A DNA stretch of 64,000 nt from Camelus dromedarius (Eukaryota), in NCBI RefSeq assembly GCF_036321535.1, contig NC_087447.1, forward strand, positions 52,392,001 through 52,456,000. Direction: 5' to 3'. The translations under genes and the position numbers were made by a program. Shown one piece after another: positions 11,391-24,560 of this stretch. Position 1 is the first letter of the stretch. Every line of letters starts with the position of its first letter. Under the pieces are notes generated by a model. It made no database searches. It saw only the letters and a program-made list of their open reading frames with translations, and was not told the DNA's origin.

Positions 11391-12564
11391 AGATGTGCAA
11401 ATATTGCAAACTAAAGGCCACTGTGCATACGTATTCTTATTAGTGAGTTCCTTGAGGGCAGGAACTGGTTTTATTTATCTCCATATGTCCCCAGCCCACA
11501 CAATGATTTCATATACAGTGGGTACCCAGTACATATTGGAATGTACTTTATCTTATTGGGCTACTAATGAAAACAATGTGAATAGTATTTACTCAACAGT
11601 TACAGAAAATTTTCACACCCATGATCTTATTTGATCCTTGTTACATCTGAGTGTTGTAATGACCATTGCCGCCATTTTACAGATATAAAAACTGAGGCTA
11701 GAGGAGGTGCTATGACTTGTGCAGGGACATACAACTGATAAGGGATCAAGTGGGACTCCAACCCAGGGGACGGGCAGCAGTAAGATCTGGATTTAAAACT
11801 GGTTATTGTGGTTTTAGGTAGGTTGCGTCCTCTTTTAGAGCCCTGGAATCTTCAGGATCTGGGCCTAACTTCCAGGGGTCCTGTGAAGAGTAAATAAATA
11901 AAAGCTGCATGTCTGGGCCCCACCACGGGCCTGGCATACAGCAGGTGCTCAACAGTGGTGGCTCTCCCCAACCTCTTATTACCAGTCCTACCTGTATACT
12001 AAGGCAGGCTCTTCATGTGCTGGCTTGACTGGGTACTGGAGTTAAAATCAGTCCTTCCCCTGGAAGGAAGTCCAGTCTCATGGGTGAAGGAAACAAATGC
12101 ATTATTTAATGAGAGGCAGAGGTGCTGGAGGAGGATGAGAGATGGTGGAGGCACTGGGAGTTGAGAGCAGGGGAAAATGGGACGAGCTGCAATTATCAGC
12201 TACAACCCCAGGTTTTGCATTTTCTTTCCATCTTTCCTGGGAGTGGCTTCCAAAAGCAGTTTAAGATGGTCCATCCAGGCCTCTGGAGGCTCAAATCAGG
12301 CTGGACCGAGAGGCCACATTCTGTGGGATGTGGGGGAGAGGGGAGGCATGAGGCAAGCTGGATTATCTCTGTCTGTCAAAGTCTGCTGGCAAATGTCACC
12401 AGGGAGCCACTGAAATTTATGGCAGGCCTTTAATGATCTGTGGTCACAGAGCACTCTGTTCAACTGGAAGACTCAAGCTTTGGACTTTTGCATTGAGATT
12501 TGATTAAAAAAAAGTGCTTTCCAACAGCTGTTTTCAAAGTCATTTATTACTTCCTGAGTTTAAA

Positions 12565-12690
12565 GTGTGTATATATATACATTATATATATAAAATAGAT
12601 ATACACACGTGTGTATATGTTATATATATGTGTGTGTGTATATATATATCTATACATACACCCATACATATACATATGTAATATACATCT
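12565..12690. repeat. Compound (TA)/(TG)/(CA) purine-pyrimidine repeat with central palindrome
   Basis: Perfect palindrome atatacacacgtgtgtatat within the mixed repeat. Confidence 0.85.
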
Positions 12691-14174
12691 CCCTCCTCCT
12701 AATTCAGTTGCTTCACACAGCTGCAAAATTCCAGGCCCCAAGACACAGAAGGGCACAACCTGACTATTAAGCCCCACTTCTACCCAGATACTAGGGGAAG
12801 GATGGAGGTATCAACTGCAGAGGAAAGAGGCAAGAGATAGGGAGCTAGCGGGGAGAAAGGGCCAAGGTGCTGGAAGGAGAGGAGACACTGATGTTAACTG
12901 GGTACCTACTGTGTGTGCAACGTTATGGAAGCTTTACATACAGCATCTCAATCAACCCTCACACCCCCTGCAAAGGCATCAGGATCTCTCCAGCTGACAG
13001 ATGCAGAATTTGAGGTCTAAAGAGAGCCTGTTCAAGGTTACCCAGCAGATGGGTGCAGGGCTGTGTTTTGGGCATTTTTCTGTCTGACCCTAAGCCTCCA
13101 CGTGTCCCACTTAAAAAATCTGAAGGAATAAGAATAATAAAGAAGAATATGCACTTGTAAATTCGAAGGTTTACTTCCTTGATTTCTCCTCAGCCAAGGG
13201 AACAGAACAATGATGTTTAAAGGAGTTAAACACGTGCTCGAAGCCCCAGAGCTAGTGAGTGTGGAGCTGAAATTCCAGCCTAGGCCACCTGAGCCCATGG
13301 CCAGAGCTCTTCCTAGAAACTCACTCTGTCTTTCATAGAATCTTAAATTGGGGGGGGGGGGGTGTCAAGGATTAGTGTTATCCATGAATTGAGCAAAGTT
13401 TAACCAGGAAAAGAAACTTCTTATAAAATAAAATCAGAATGATATATTTACCAGTATGTCTAGTTTTCTGAATATCTGTTATATTTCAACAAAGGTTTTA
13501 AAAATACCAGAAAGTCCCATGGTGTGAATGTAAGGCATGTAGTGAGGGGAATGTTCCTTAAATAGTTTTCCTGCATAAACACCCTGATTCTAAACAGCTT
13601 TCCTTGAGCTTGCTCACCGTGCCAAAGCCTCCTTCCCTTTTGGTTTCTACAAAGCTTTTTGAAAAAACTTTTGGGAAAGCACAAGTGCAGTGAAAGCCAA
13701 GCTTTCCAGAAATTCCTCTACTCCCACTCCAGGAAATGTCGAAAAATCAAGGAACGCAGTTGGTGGGTGGGGGTGGGAGGGAGTGCAAAAGCGGAGAGAT
13801 GGCTGCCCAAACCCGCCCTCAAGTGACCGGGTCTCCCTGAGACTGAACTTCCCCAGAGGGAGGTGCTCAAAGCTATTCCCCTTTAGGGGCTTTTGGGCAA
13901 AAATCAGAAGAAAACTGGGTTGTTTTTAATCCCAAACTACACTCTGTACAGAAAGGAGTCTTTGAAATAAGAGAAGGGAAAGGAATAAACACCTACCAAA
14001 TGCCGTCTGTGCACCAAGCACTGTGCTAAGCACATCTTTACCCGTGTTTCCAACATAACCTTCGCAGCAAGTATCACTCACTCACTCCGCAAATCACCGA
14101 GGGGCCCTCACATGTCAGGCTCTCTGCTTGGAGCTGGAAACACAGTGAGGAGCAGAATCCTGTAAGGTCCTGTC

Positions 14175-14649
14175 TGTATTAGTTTCGTTTCCTTGGGCTG
14201 TTGTAACCAAGTGCTGCAAACTGAGTACCTTTAAACAACAGAAATGTATGGCCCCACGGTTCTGGAGGCTACAAGTCCAAAATCAAGGTGGTGGCAGGGC
14301 CAGGATCTCCTGAAACCTGCAGAGGAATCATTCTTTACCTCTTCCTAGCTTCTAGTGGTTGGCTGGCAGTCTCTGGTGTTCCTGGCTTACAGCTCCATCA
14401 CTCCAACCTCTGCCTCTATTGTCACATGGCCTTTTCCCTCCACCTGTGTCTCTGTCTTCAAGTGGCTATCTTCTTACAAGGACACAGGACATATGGGATT
14501 GGAAGCCCACCCTACTCCAGTATGCCACCATCTTGGTTAATTACATATGCAACAACCCTATTTTCAAATAAGGTCATATTCTGAGGTACTGGGGGTCAGG
14601 GCTTCAACATGCATTTTTTTTTGGAGGGGGCCCAATTCCACCAATCACA
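14175..14649 (-). mobile_element. MaLR solo LTR (MLT1B/C-like)
   Basis: tgtattagtttc...aaacaacagaaatgtat...gttctggaggctacaagtccaaaatcaagg...accctattttcaaataaggtcatattctgaggtactggggg...caca. Confidence 0.85.
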
Positions 14650-16906
14650 TTGACCCTGAAGAGCTTGTACTGCAGAAGCTCCCTTCTGAAGGTGAATAAG
14701 GTTAAGGCGGAGAGGCTAAGTGACCTACTCACGATCTACAGGCAGAAAAATCACAAATCCAGGTCTGATTCCAGAGCCCCTATTCTGTCTACCACACCAC
14801 CCTGTCTTGCCAGCATGGGGTTCCTCAGCTGGTGGTCATTTATACAAAAGGAGCTTTTGCCGCCATCATCACATTTAGTCCTTGTGACACTTCTACAAGG
14901 TGAGCACCCTAATCCCATTTTACTGACAAAGAAAATGAGCTCCAGAAAGCTGGAAGGCACTCAGTTTTCAAGAAGAGGAGCAAGATTGAACCCAAGTGGC
15001 TAGACTATGTACCCAGGCTCCTACTGCAGCCATGCCAAGATCAGTGGCCCTTTGGCTGGGGACTGGATACCAGCAATGGAGCCAGAAAACAACACAAACA
15101 GCTGTGAAAAGCCCTATCTCCAAAGCTGTCCAGGGAAGGACAGCCACCTTGACTGAGGGCACTGGACTGGAAAAGAAATAATGATGTTGGCTGCTTTTGT
15201 TTATTTTAACCAAAAAGGCTCATCTGGCGAGGGAGAGGGAAGAGCCTGTCTTTTGGAAGCTAAAGCCATTCAACATCCTGAGCCCAGGAGTTCAGATGCC
15301 CTTCTCCCTGGAGAGCAGAGTCTGGTCCCTGCTGGCAAGTGGGATTTCTTGCTTCCTTGTTGTGGAGGGGAGGAGGTGAAGCTTGAATGTCAACCTCCTT
15401 GGGTACTTCTTGGGCAGAGCCAGAGAAGCAGCTTCCCTGTGACTTTTGTGCGGGCACATGTGGCCTGCATTTGCCTCGGATGTCATGAGGTTTGGGGAAA
15501 CGAGGGAAGAGAGAGATGCCTGCAGGGTAGGAAAGATATGTGGGATGTTCCCACAGGCCAGGTCCACAGAGTCCAATGGTCTGGGAGGGGTGTCTGGTTC
15601 TGTGTAATTGGTCACAGGTCCCTGAGCTGGTCCAAGGAGGGAAGTGTCACCCTCTTGGGGAAGGCAGCCAAGCATCCTGCAGGAGTGTCCTGCCCACTGG
15701 GTCCTATGCACCCAGTTCTCAGCAGTCCCACAAGAGACTCCCACCAGCACCCCCATGGAGCTCGGGAGGGGAATCAGATGGGGTTCTAGCTGCCTTTGAG
15801 AAGTGTCCAGTTGAATGGCCAAGCCAACCCAGAATGGGTAATTACCCTGCAGAGCTATGAGAGTGGGACCACAAAGAGAAGGCCCTGAATTTACAGCGCC
15901 TTGGGGCATGTGGCACCTTCTGGCAGGAAGCGATCTTTCAGTAGAAGTCTAAAGGTGAACCAGGAATTGAAACAGAAGACGCACGGTGGGCATGTGCTTC
16001 TGTGTGGTGCGTGCATGTGTGTGCAGGGGTGGGCTGCTTTCAGAGTCCTAGGCGGAAAGAAACGCACATACACGACTATTAACAGCGAGTATGTCTCGGG
16101 TAGAGGTGAGGGGAGCCATAGAGGGAGGACTGAGAGAAAGAGAGGCAGGGTCAGGTACTACACAAAGGCATCTGGCAGAACCCAGGGCCACCCCTGCTCC
16201 CTGCGCTCTCAACCCAGCATTGGTTAGCCACCAGGCGGGGCCACATGAATTAAGTCACCCAGCTTCTCTGGGTCTCTAGCCGAAAATCACCATGATTACA
16301 CAGGTGGCCTTCTAAGCTCTCATAGAGCACCAATAATACAAATCAACATGACATGCTATTCCACCTAATTCTCCTATCAGCTCTCTGAGTTTCTCTTTAT
16401 TACCCCCATTTAGCAGATGGGAGCAGGGAAGTTCAGAGAAGGTTAAGTGACTACATTCTGTAAGTCTTTGAATTCCTGAAAGAAACTGCCCTCAGGCTTT
16501 CTGCCTGAATAACTGAGTCTTTTGCTCTCAGGGGAATTTTATGCAGCAGAGAGAAAGATGACTTGTTAATAAGAACAGCTACCATTGATTGGGAACTTTC
16601 TCTCGGCCAGATACTGTACCAAGCTGTGTATAGACATGCATGCATTTTAATCCTCACGACAATCTTGAGAGGGAGGGACTTTATTACCCTCATTAGAGAC
16701 AAGGAAACTTGGACTTACAGTGATCAATTCAGTCGGCCAAAGTCACAGGGGGGACTGGAAAGGGGATAGCCAGGAGGTGGCCCCAGGTGGCCGCCTCCAG
16801 CCACAGCCTGAGCTCCTAATTATTTCTCTGTGAAGCTTCAAAGGAGCAAAACATTTGAGCCCAATCTGTGGGTTTATATATGAGGGGACTGAGGCCTGGA
16901 AAAAGA

Positions 16907-16958
16907 GGCGAGCAAACAGAGCCACACTTGCTCTCTTGAATTTCTCATCTAACAAGGC
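16907..16958 (+). repeat. 52-bp dispersed direct repeat, copy 1
   Basis: ggcgagcaaacagagccacacttgctctcttgaatttctcatctaacaaggc; 48/52 identical to 18800-18851. Confidence 0.9.
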
Positions 16959-17819
16959 CCAAGGCCCCATAATAAGGTGGCAGCAGAGCTGGCCTTGTGT
17001 CATTAATATCAATAACAGTAAGAGTAATGAGAGGCGGCCTGACACAGAGGTTGGAAGATGGCCTCTGAAGCCAAAGGCTTGAGTTCAAACCCCAGTTCTG
17101 CCTCTCGGTAGCAGCTACAATCCTGTGCACATTTTTAAGCTCCCTGAGCCTCAGTTTCTTTCTCTGTAGAACAGGGATGATACGATACCCACTTCACAGG
17201 GCCGAGCAGGGATGAAAGTACCAGGCATAACGTAAGCACTCTGTCCACGTCTGCTGTTAGGACTGCTTCACTCCCTGCTCCGTGCCCCGCGTGCTTCACC
17301 TGTAGTTCTCCCAGCACCCAGGGAGAGGGGTTATTATCCCTGTTGCACTGATGGAGGAACAAGTCTGGAGAAATTAAATAACCTGCCTGACATTACATAG
17401 CATGGGAGCTGTAGAAGCTGGGCTGGAAGCTCCACCTGTCTGAAGTCCAAGCCCACGTTCTTTCCCACAGTAATCCCCTCCCTGTGCACACAGCCTTGCA
17501 GAGAGCACTGATATCCATTACTGTGAAGTTTTAGCCTATTTTTCAATGCTGATAGCTCTCACATCTCCATGACAGTTGTGCACGTGCATGTGCAAGGTTC
17601 TGATGAACAAGAGAGCGCAGCCCCAAGCGGGATGGAGGGTTGCATTCAAGTAGCATCTATTACTCTATGACACAATTATAATTGTTCCATGAGGATAATA
17701 ACAAGCCACCCTGTGTGCAGAGTCTTCTATCGTTCAGAAAACCCTTTCAGATCCATTATCTCATTGTGTCCCCATAACAGCACTGGAGGCCGGGGAGAGT
17801 TAATTGTGTTCTTTTACAT

Positions 17820-18240
17820 TTACAGCAGCCACTCCTGGTTGCCGACCAACATCAATGGCCCTTGATAATAGAATCCTGACTTTGTTCGGCTGGCCAGGAC
17901 TCCGTGATGGGTCAGGGAGTGGATCCTGACTTGTAAATCACAACGGTCCTGCTCTACAAGGAGCAGGACCGTTGTGATTTACAACAGCTCTACAAGGACA
18001 GTAGGACCGCTGTCCAATCAGATACAAGGAGAGGTCTCGAGTTTCCCCGGACATTGTGACATCTGGACACAATACCTGAGACCACTGTCAGTGAAGCCAA
18101 GAAGGTGAATCTGAGCTTTGATGAACAGGCCTGGAACCCTTCCACCTCCGGACTTCTTGTTAAATGAAGTAACAAATGTTGAAGTTAATGGTGATTGTTA
18201 AAGCCAGTTTGAGATGGGGTTTAGTATACGGCAGACTAAG
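17820..18240 (+). mobile_element. Old MaLR LTR (MLT1K/L-like), internally rearranged
   Basis: 5' ggttgccgaccaac...agaatcctgactttgttc and 3' ggacttcttgttaaatga...ttaaagccagtttgagatggggttt. Confidence 0.55.
17931..17984. repeat. Perfect inverted repeat: 24-bp stem, 6-nt loop
   Basis: ttgtaaatcacaacggtcctgctc-tacaag-gagcaggaccgttgtgatttacaa. Confidence 0.95.
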
Positions 18241-18799
18241 ACTTCACTCCTTCATAAAAATTCACCTCTCACTGCTTTTGCTTTTCCCTCTTATTTTCCA
18301 GTCATGCCCTATGCTAAGTACTTTATGAACTTCACTTAATCCTCACAAGAACCCTGAGTGATAGGGATCGCTGTTTCCAGGTTACAGCTGGCCTGGTCAC
18401 GGCTCACATGGCTAGTGTGGAGTCTCTCAAAGACCAAAGCCCATGCTCTTCCAGGACACTATCCTGCTGCCCTCACTCAGTTGCCAGCAAACTGTAGCTC
18501 AGGTCCCTCTCACCAACATGAGCAGCTCCTGTCTCTGTCCCTGGACCACGACTTGCCAGAGGGAAGGCACGAAGGACTTCTTTCTCAAGAAGCCTGGCGA
18601 GGGAGGCTGCACAGTGTTTCTGCTGCTGTGTCCTCAGCTAGTAAGTGAGATGGTGATACCTGCACTGCAGACAGGCTGTGGGGCCGGGAGTGGGTGGTGC
18701 CCTCGGTCTCCCTCTGAGGACATGCCACTTTCCTTAATGGACAACAATCCCTGGATCTTCTGGTTGGCAAGTAGCACACACCAGACCTTGGGAATCAGT

Positions 18800-18851
18800 G
18801 GCAAGCAAACAGAGCCACCCTTGCTTTCTTGATTTTCTCATCTAACAAGGC
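18800..18851 (+). repeat. 52-bp dispersed direct repeat, copy 2
   Basis: ggcaagcaaacagagccacccttgctttcttgattttctcatctaacaaggc. Confidence 0.9.
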
Positions 18852-19813
18852 AAATATGCTTGGAGACCTCATCCTATTTGAGCCCGAGGCCCACTAAGGG
18901 CTGTAGCCTCTTCTGGAAACTGGTGGCCGGCGTTGCCCCTCTTCTCAGGGATGAAGCCAGGGTCCAATGTCCCGCCCCCTGGGCTGTTGTTTCCTGTCTG
19001 CTTCTGTGATTGACAAGTGATGACACCTCTGCTGCAAGCCTTGACTTCCTCTCCGAGGGTCCCCTGCAGCCCGTCCAGGCAAGAGCCATTGTGCCTCAAG
19101 TGGGCAAGCTGGACGCTGCCCCTGCAGCCCCCTCACACCCGCACTGGGCCTACTGCCTTGGGATGCTCTCACCCTCCCCGGGGACTCTGCTCTCCTGGCT
19201 GCTGTTTTCCCACCCAGCTGCAACGTCCCACAATCCAGCCAGGTCTGGGCTAAAGCACTTCCCTCGGAGGGGCTTATCCAAAGGCTAACAGATGGCTCTC
19301 CACGTCAGAAATTATTTCCTGATGCCCAGCTGAGGCACCCCAGGCCCTGCATCACCCGTTGGGGGTTAAGTCCCGGCTTCTCCTGCTCTTTAGAACCTTC
19401 GCTAATGCCACACGTCAGCTAAATTGCCCTCCTCTATGCTTTTGATTTGCTCTTTTACATTCGCCATCTGCTCCACGGCATATTACTGATGCCTACTGTG
19501 TGCCAGGCCCTGCCCCAGGCACTGGGGACACAGATGGATGGCACAGCTCTGCCCTCACAGAGTTCACAGTCTAAGTGGAGATTCTGATGAGAAGACTGAC
19601 TTTAGCCCAGGGTGGTACGTGCTGGAGACCAGGGGGCCTCCTGAAGGTGGGGAGAGGCTGGCCTGGCTTGTTCCAAGCCCGGCAGAAGTGAGTCATTCCA
19701 CTTGTAGAGTGTTTGCTGAACCAAGAGATGTATCAGAGTAAGGGTAGCCTCTGCTCAGGTTCTGGAGTTGACCTTAGCGCCAGCCTACGCCTCAGGTAAT
19801 TTCCAGTCATTGT

Positions 19814-19933
19814 GGGGTGGGGGTGGGGTGAGGGCAGTTGGGATGAGATTGGGGGGTGGGAGCACCAAGGGGTGGGGGAGTGGGTGGGTGGGGTTAGGTG
19901 GGGAGGTGGAAGAGTGGGGGAGTCAGGGGTGGG
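19814..19933 (+). other. G-run cluster with G-quadruplex potential
   Basis: More than ten G3-G6 runs with short loops (ggggtgggggtgggg...gggtgggtgggg). Confidence 0.7.
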
Positions 19934-20848
19934 TGGCAGTTCAGGACAGGGTCAGGAGCCCTGGCTTTTAGCCTCAGCCCATCACTAACTTTCTCTGACT
20001 TTGAGCAGATCTCTAGCTTATCCAGGACTTGGTTTTCTCAGCGATAAAATGGGAGGCCTCAGGGAATGTTCTAGAAGTGGGTGGTCATCCACCTGTCAGG
20101 GAGCATGGGGAAGGGATTCTGGCAGCAGGAAGGAGAAGAAGAGGAGGTGGTTCAGGACAAAGTCCCCAGACCCTCCTGACTCTGGATTCTGCATGGCTCT
20201 GGGCCTCAAGTTTCTCGTCAGGAAAATGAGGTGATCGGGCTTTGGAACCAGGTGGATTTAAGTTCAGCCCCATCTCTGCCTCTTGCTTTGTGATCTCTAA
20301 TAAGTTACTTCATCTCTCTGAGCCTTAGTTTCCTCAAATGCAACTTTGGGTTTTGCAACATCTGTCTTACTATATTGGTATAAGGCTTAGAATACTGTAA
20401 ATGATGCCTGGCACCATATTTGGCACAGAGTAAATATCAAGTAAATGTTAATTCCTCCTCCTCCTCGAAGGGGTGAGATGCCTTTGAGAGTACTTGAAAA
20501 GGAAAATTTTGCTGACACGGTTTATCACCTGAGACGTTAGTGGGATGAGGGGTGGAGACTGCATCTGTCTCTTAGGATCAGAGTCTTCTGGCTGGACTGG
20601 ACCTTGAAATCAGCAACTGTCCACCTTCTTCCTGCACCTGCCCTCCCAGTTCCAATGACAGAATCTCCTCCACAGCACGGCTGCTGCTAATATGCCTCCC
20701 GGCACGAGGAACTCACTACTCACTTCAGAGGCAGGCTGCTCCCTTCTGGTTCAGCTCCAACTGCCAGAAAATTCTTCTTTCTAATGAGGCAAAGTAGTGC
20801 TGCTGCTCCTGCTTCTACTACTACTACTATTACTAATCATAACCAACA

Positions 20849-21346
20849 CAGGTGTGACGCAGAGATATTTCAGGTTCAGCTCCAGACCATGGCAATATAG
20901 TGAATATCACAATAAAGCAAGTCACACACAGTTTTTGGTTTCCCAGTGTGCACAAAAATCATATTTATGCTGTACTGTCTATTAAGTGTGCAATAGCATA
21001 TGTGTATGAAAATAATGTACATACCTAAATTAAAAATACTTTCTTGCTAAAAAATGCTAGCCATCATCTGAGCCTTCAGCGAGTCATAATCATTTTGCAA
21101 TAGTAACACCAAAGATTACTGATCACAGATCACCATAACAAATATCATCATAATGAAAAAGTTTAAACTATTGCAAGAAGTACCAAAGTGTGACACAGAG
21201 ACACAGACTGAGCAAACACTGTTGGAAAAATGGTGCCAATACACGTGTTCAAAGCAGAGTCGCCACAAATCTTCAATATGTTAAAAAAAAAATGCAGTAT
21301 CTATGAAGCACAATAGAGCAAAGTGCAACCAAATGAGGTCTGCCTG
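20849..21346 (-). mobile_element. Internally deleted Tigger1-derived DNA transposon
   Basis: Termini cagg...gagatatttcaggttcagctccagacc and aaatgaggtctgcctg followed by TA match Tigger1 ends (CAGGCATACCTC TIR). Confidence 0.85.
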
Positions 21347-21389
21347 TAACTGGAAAGTGACTAAGAACAGAAACTCTAGAACCGCCGGC

Positions 21390-21500
21390 CATTTAAAATT
21401 TAAAATAAAAAAATTAAGATGTTAATTAATTAAAATTAAATTTAAAAAAATCAGTTCCTCAGTCACAGTAGCCACATTTCAAGTGTTTAACAGCCCCACT
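21390..21500. mobile_element. MER3/MER33-like hAT-Charlie fragment
   Basis: aaaatcagttcctcagtcacagtagccacatttcaagtg. Confidence 0.65.
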
Positions 21501-22704
21501 GGATAGAAAATCAGGGCTGCGATCCTGGCTCTACCACTGACTCGCTGTTTGATCTCACTCAAGTTCCTTAGCTTCCTTCTGCCTCAGCTTCCTCATCTGT
21601 GAAGTGAGATAATGGGGTAAAAATGGTGCTTGCCTTTCAGGGCTTTTTGTGAAAATTACTGAATGAAAATATGGAAAGTGCTTAGAACCGTGCTGGCTTT
21701 ACAAATGTTTGCTAATTAGTAAAAACATCACGGGTCTGATATCCACGCTGTGCCACGCTGTGTGCCAGACACGTGACATACCCGTGTCACACACACATTT
21801 TCTCTCCACACGTGAAAGAGTATTTTCACAAGCCCAAAGATAAACTGCTGGGTCAAAGAGCATGAATATTTAACATTTTACAGAGACAGTGCCAAATCAC
21901 CTTCTGAAAGAGAACGCACAGATTTTATGCCTTCACCAATAAAGTATGTTTCCTCATAACCTGAGCAACCCTGGATAGTTTTAATCCTTGCTTATCTGAG
22001 AGATGTAAAGTATCTTGAAGTCATTTTAATAGTTGTTACTTTTTTAGTGAGCTTGAGCATTTTTCTGTGTTTATGTATATATTTACGTATCTGTGAATTG
22101 CTATATATTTCGGTATTATTTTTCTTACTGGATTGTCTATTTTTTCCTATTTATTGATGTTAAGGTTTTCTGTAGGTTAAAGAAAATGATATATTTTATA
22201 TAAAGCAAATATTTTCCCATTTTCCTTTGACAATGTTTATTTTGTTGTTTTCTTGTCCTGCAGAAACACTTAATTTCTTTCTCTCAGTCTTTTTTTTTTT
22301 TTTTTTTTTTTTAATGGCTTCTGTGTTTGGTGAAAGTCAACCAATTTCCTGAACTATTGGCAGGTCTCCTCAGGCCCCCTCGGGGTCTGAGGGCCAGAAA
22401 AGAAGCTCATGCAGACAAAAGAGGGGCACTGCCCCCACTCCCCCACATGCACTCAGGAGACCCTCTGCATTTGATGAAGTCTTTCCTTTCCTTTCAAGTC
22501 CTTAGCCTCCCTCTAGGGTGTATCAGGAGAAGGGTACAATCCCTGCAGAAAATGTGATTCTCATTTGAATACACTAGGAGCCACTCTCTCTTTTTTTCTG
22601 GGCTCTTCGTCCTCCTGGAAGGGATGTGCAAAAATGTCAGGGCACAGAGAATGCGATGAAAATCTGGAGTTTTAGCAGACCACCCAGCAAAGTTACTGGT
22701 GAAG

Positions 22705-22808
22705 TCTTGACCCACAGAAGCTGTGTGAAATAATAAATGTTGTTGTTGTTCTTTTAAGCGGATACATTTGAGGGTAATTTGTTACACAGCAGTTGAAAAC
22801 TAATACAT
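22705..22808 (+). mobile_element. MLT1 LTR 3' fragment
   Basis: gacccacagaagctgtg...aataaatgttgtt...taatttgttacacagcag...aactaataca. Confidence 0.7.
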
Positions 22809-24069
22809 AAGAGAAAGACAATTTAGATTAATGGATTAAGCCCTCCTCACAGATAAGCTTAAATCTTAAAGGAATCACAAGGCCAATCATCTCTGCCCTG
22901 CCTGAGGGCTAAGATTCAGGTGGCTGTTTCTCAACCTATAGCCTGGTTTTCAGTTGTTCCCTGGTCTTCTTGATTCCCTTTAACTTTTTATTTTTGTGCT
23001 ATATCCATACAGCTAAGGCCTAGACCTGAGCTGCTGTCTTCTTTAGCTGTATCCCCTTAACCTTAATCTAGGCCTGAATAATGTCAAATCTTACAAAGAA
23101 ATAAAAATTTGTCACTGGTTTATTAATAAATTAGCTGTATTGAACTCCTGAGCTTATCAACAGCTGTGTTTGATACCAACTCTCTTCATTAGAATGTTAA
23201 TCATTAGTGTCAAGATTTGCCTGGTTCTATTAACATTAGCCAGAGGTAACGTTTTGATCAGAACTGAGCACTGAAAGACTGTGGAAGAATCACAGAATGT
23301 AGGAAAGCACCTAGAAATAGTTTTGGCCCAGTTCTTCTGTCTCTAGGCAGATGTTTTAACTTTGTTCGATTATATCCATTGCTCAAGACTCGCACAAGAT
23401 CCTTTGGCAGCAAATTCTGCTTTCTACTTGTTGTTTAATCCTCTTCATCAAATAAGTCCCTTTCCAACCCACATGCATTTCCACTGCTTTCATTTCAACT
23501 CCTTTTCTTTTGCTTCATCTTCCGAGGACATGAACGAGCGTTAAGAACTCTCTTTAGAGAAGCCCTTTGATATATTCACAGAGTAATTAAATCGCAGTTC
23601 AGCCTTCTCATCTGCAGGTTCAACAGCTCCAGTTCTTCTGCACTAGCCTCGCGGGGGCTGTTCCTGTGTCCTAGGGAGGGCCCTCCCTGACTGCTCCCCT
23701 TCTCTTCCAAGCTGCGAAGTGTGACGAATGCAGCCCTGGCCTAGCGCAGACCATAAAAATGATGGTTTCGCACTTCTGCCTCCTTTACTGGATCACGGTA
23801 TCATTTTAGAACTCATTTTCAGAGTTTCAGAACACAGATATGTTAGAGGCATAGCTGTCATTTTTTCCCACCCGCAAATTTTAAAGCCCAGGAAACTATG
23901 GCCCAAAGAGGTCTCTCAAGGTCACCAAGTGACAGATTGGCTGGGCTGAGTGTGGGGCCCAGGCAGCCTGACTTCCTGCCACCTGACCTTCCGGCCTCAT
24001 TTGGGTATGTCCTCCCACCTGTGCTGTGTCTCCAACCTCTTAGTGCCACTGTCAACAACAGGACCTAAC

Positions 24070-24560
24070 AACAATCTCCACTGCAGCACTGTTTGCAACA
24101 GTGAAGGCATGGTAACAACTACTCCATGGAATATTCTGAGGCTCTTAAAAAGAATGAGGAAGATCTAAATGTACTGCTAGGGAGTGATCTACAAGATCTA
24201 TTATTCAGTGGAAAAACAGACCAGCAACAACTTGCAGAACAGCAAATAGAGGACATGATTCCACTTACATTTGCAAAGGGTACACACACATATGATTCTG
24301 CATAGAAATTTCTGGAAAGATGCACTAAAAGTGTTAACAACAGGATGGGGTGGATGGTAAAGACTTTTACTTTTCATTTTATACCCTTTAGCACTGTTTG
24401 AATTTTTAACCATGTGGCTTTATTACTTTTATAATAAAAATAGTATAAATGTTTAAAACGTTAATACTGAGAGCTTTCATTTCTTCCTTGTCACACTTCT
24501 CTACTGTTTGACTTTTTCAACTACCATGTATCACTTGTGTAATTACAAAAAAGATATTAA
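24070..24560 (+). mobile_element. L1ME-like 3' fragments
   Basis: AT-rich L1ME 3'UTR-type sequence (ctggaaagatgcactaaaagtgttaacaa...tttgaatttttaaccatgtg). Confidence 0.6.

Noticed and set aside
15181..15909. Two overlapping ~200-aa ORFs on opposite strands
   Set aside because: No recognisable domain or exon structure; Trp/Cys/Gly-rich composition typical of chance ORFs in GC-moderate intron DNA
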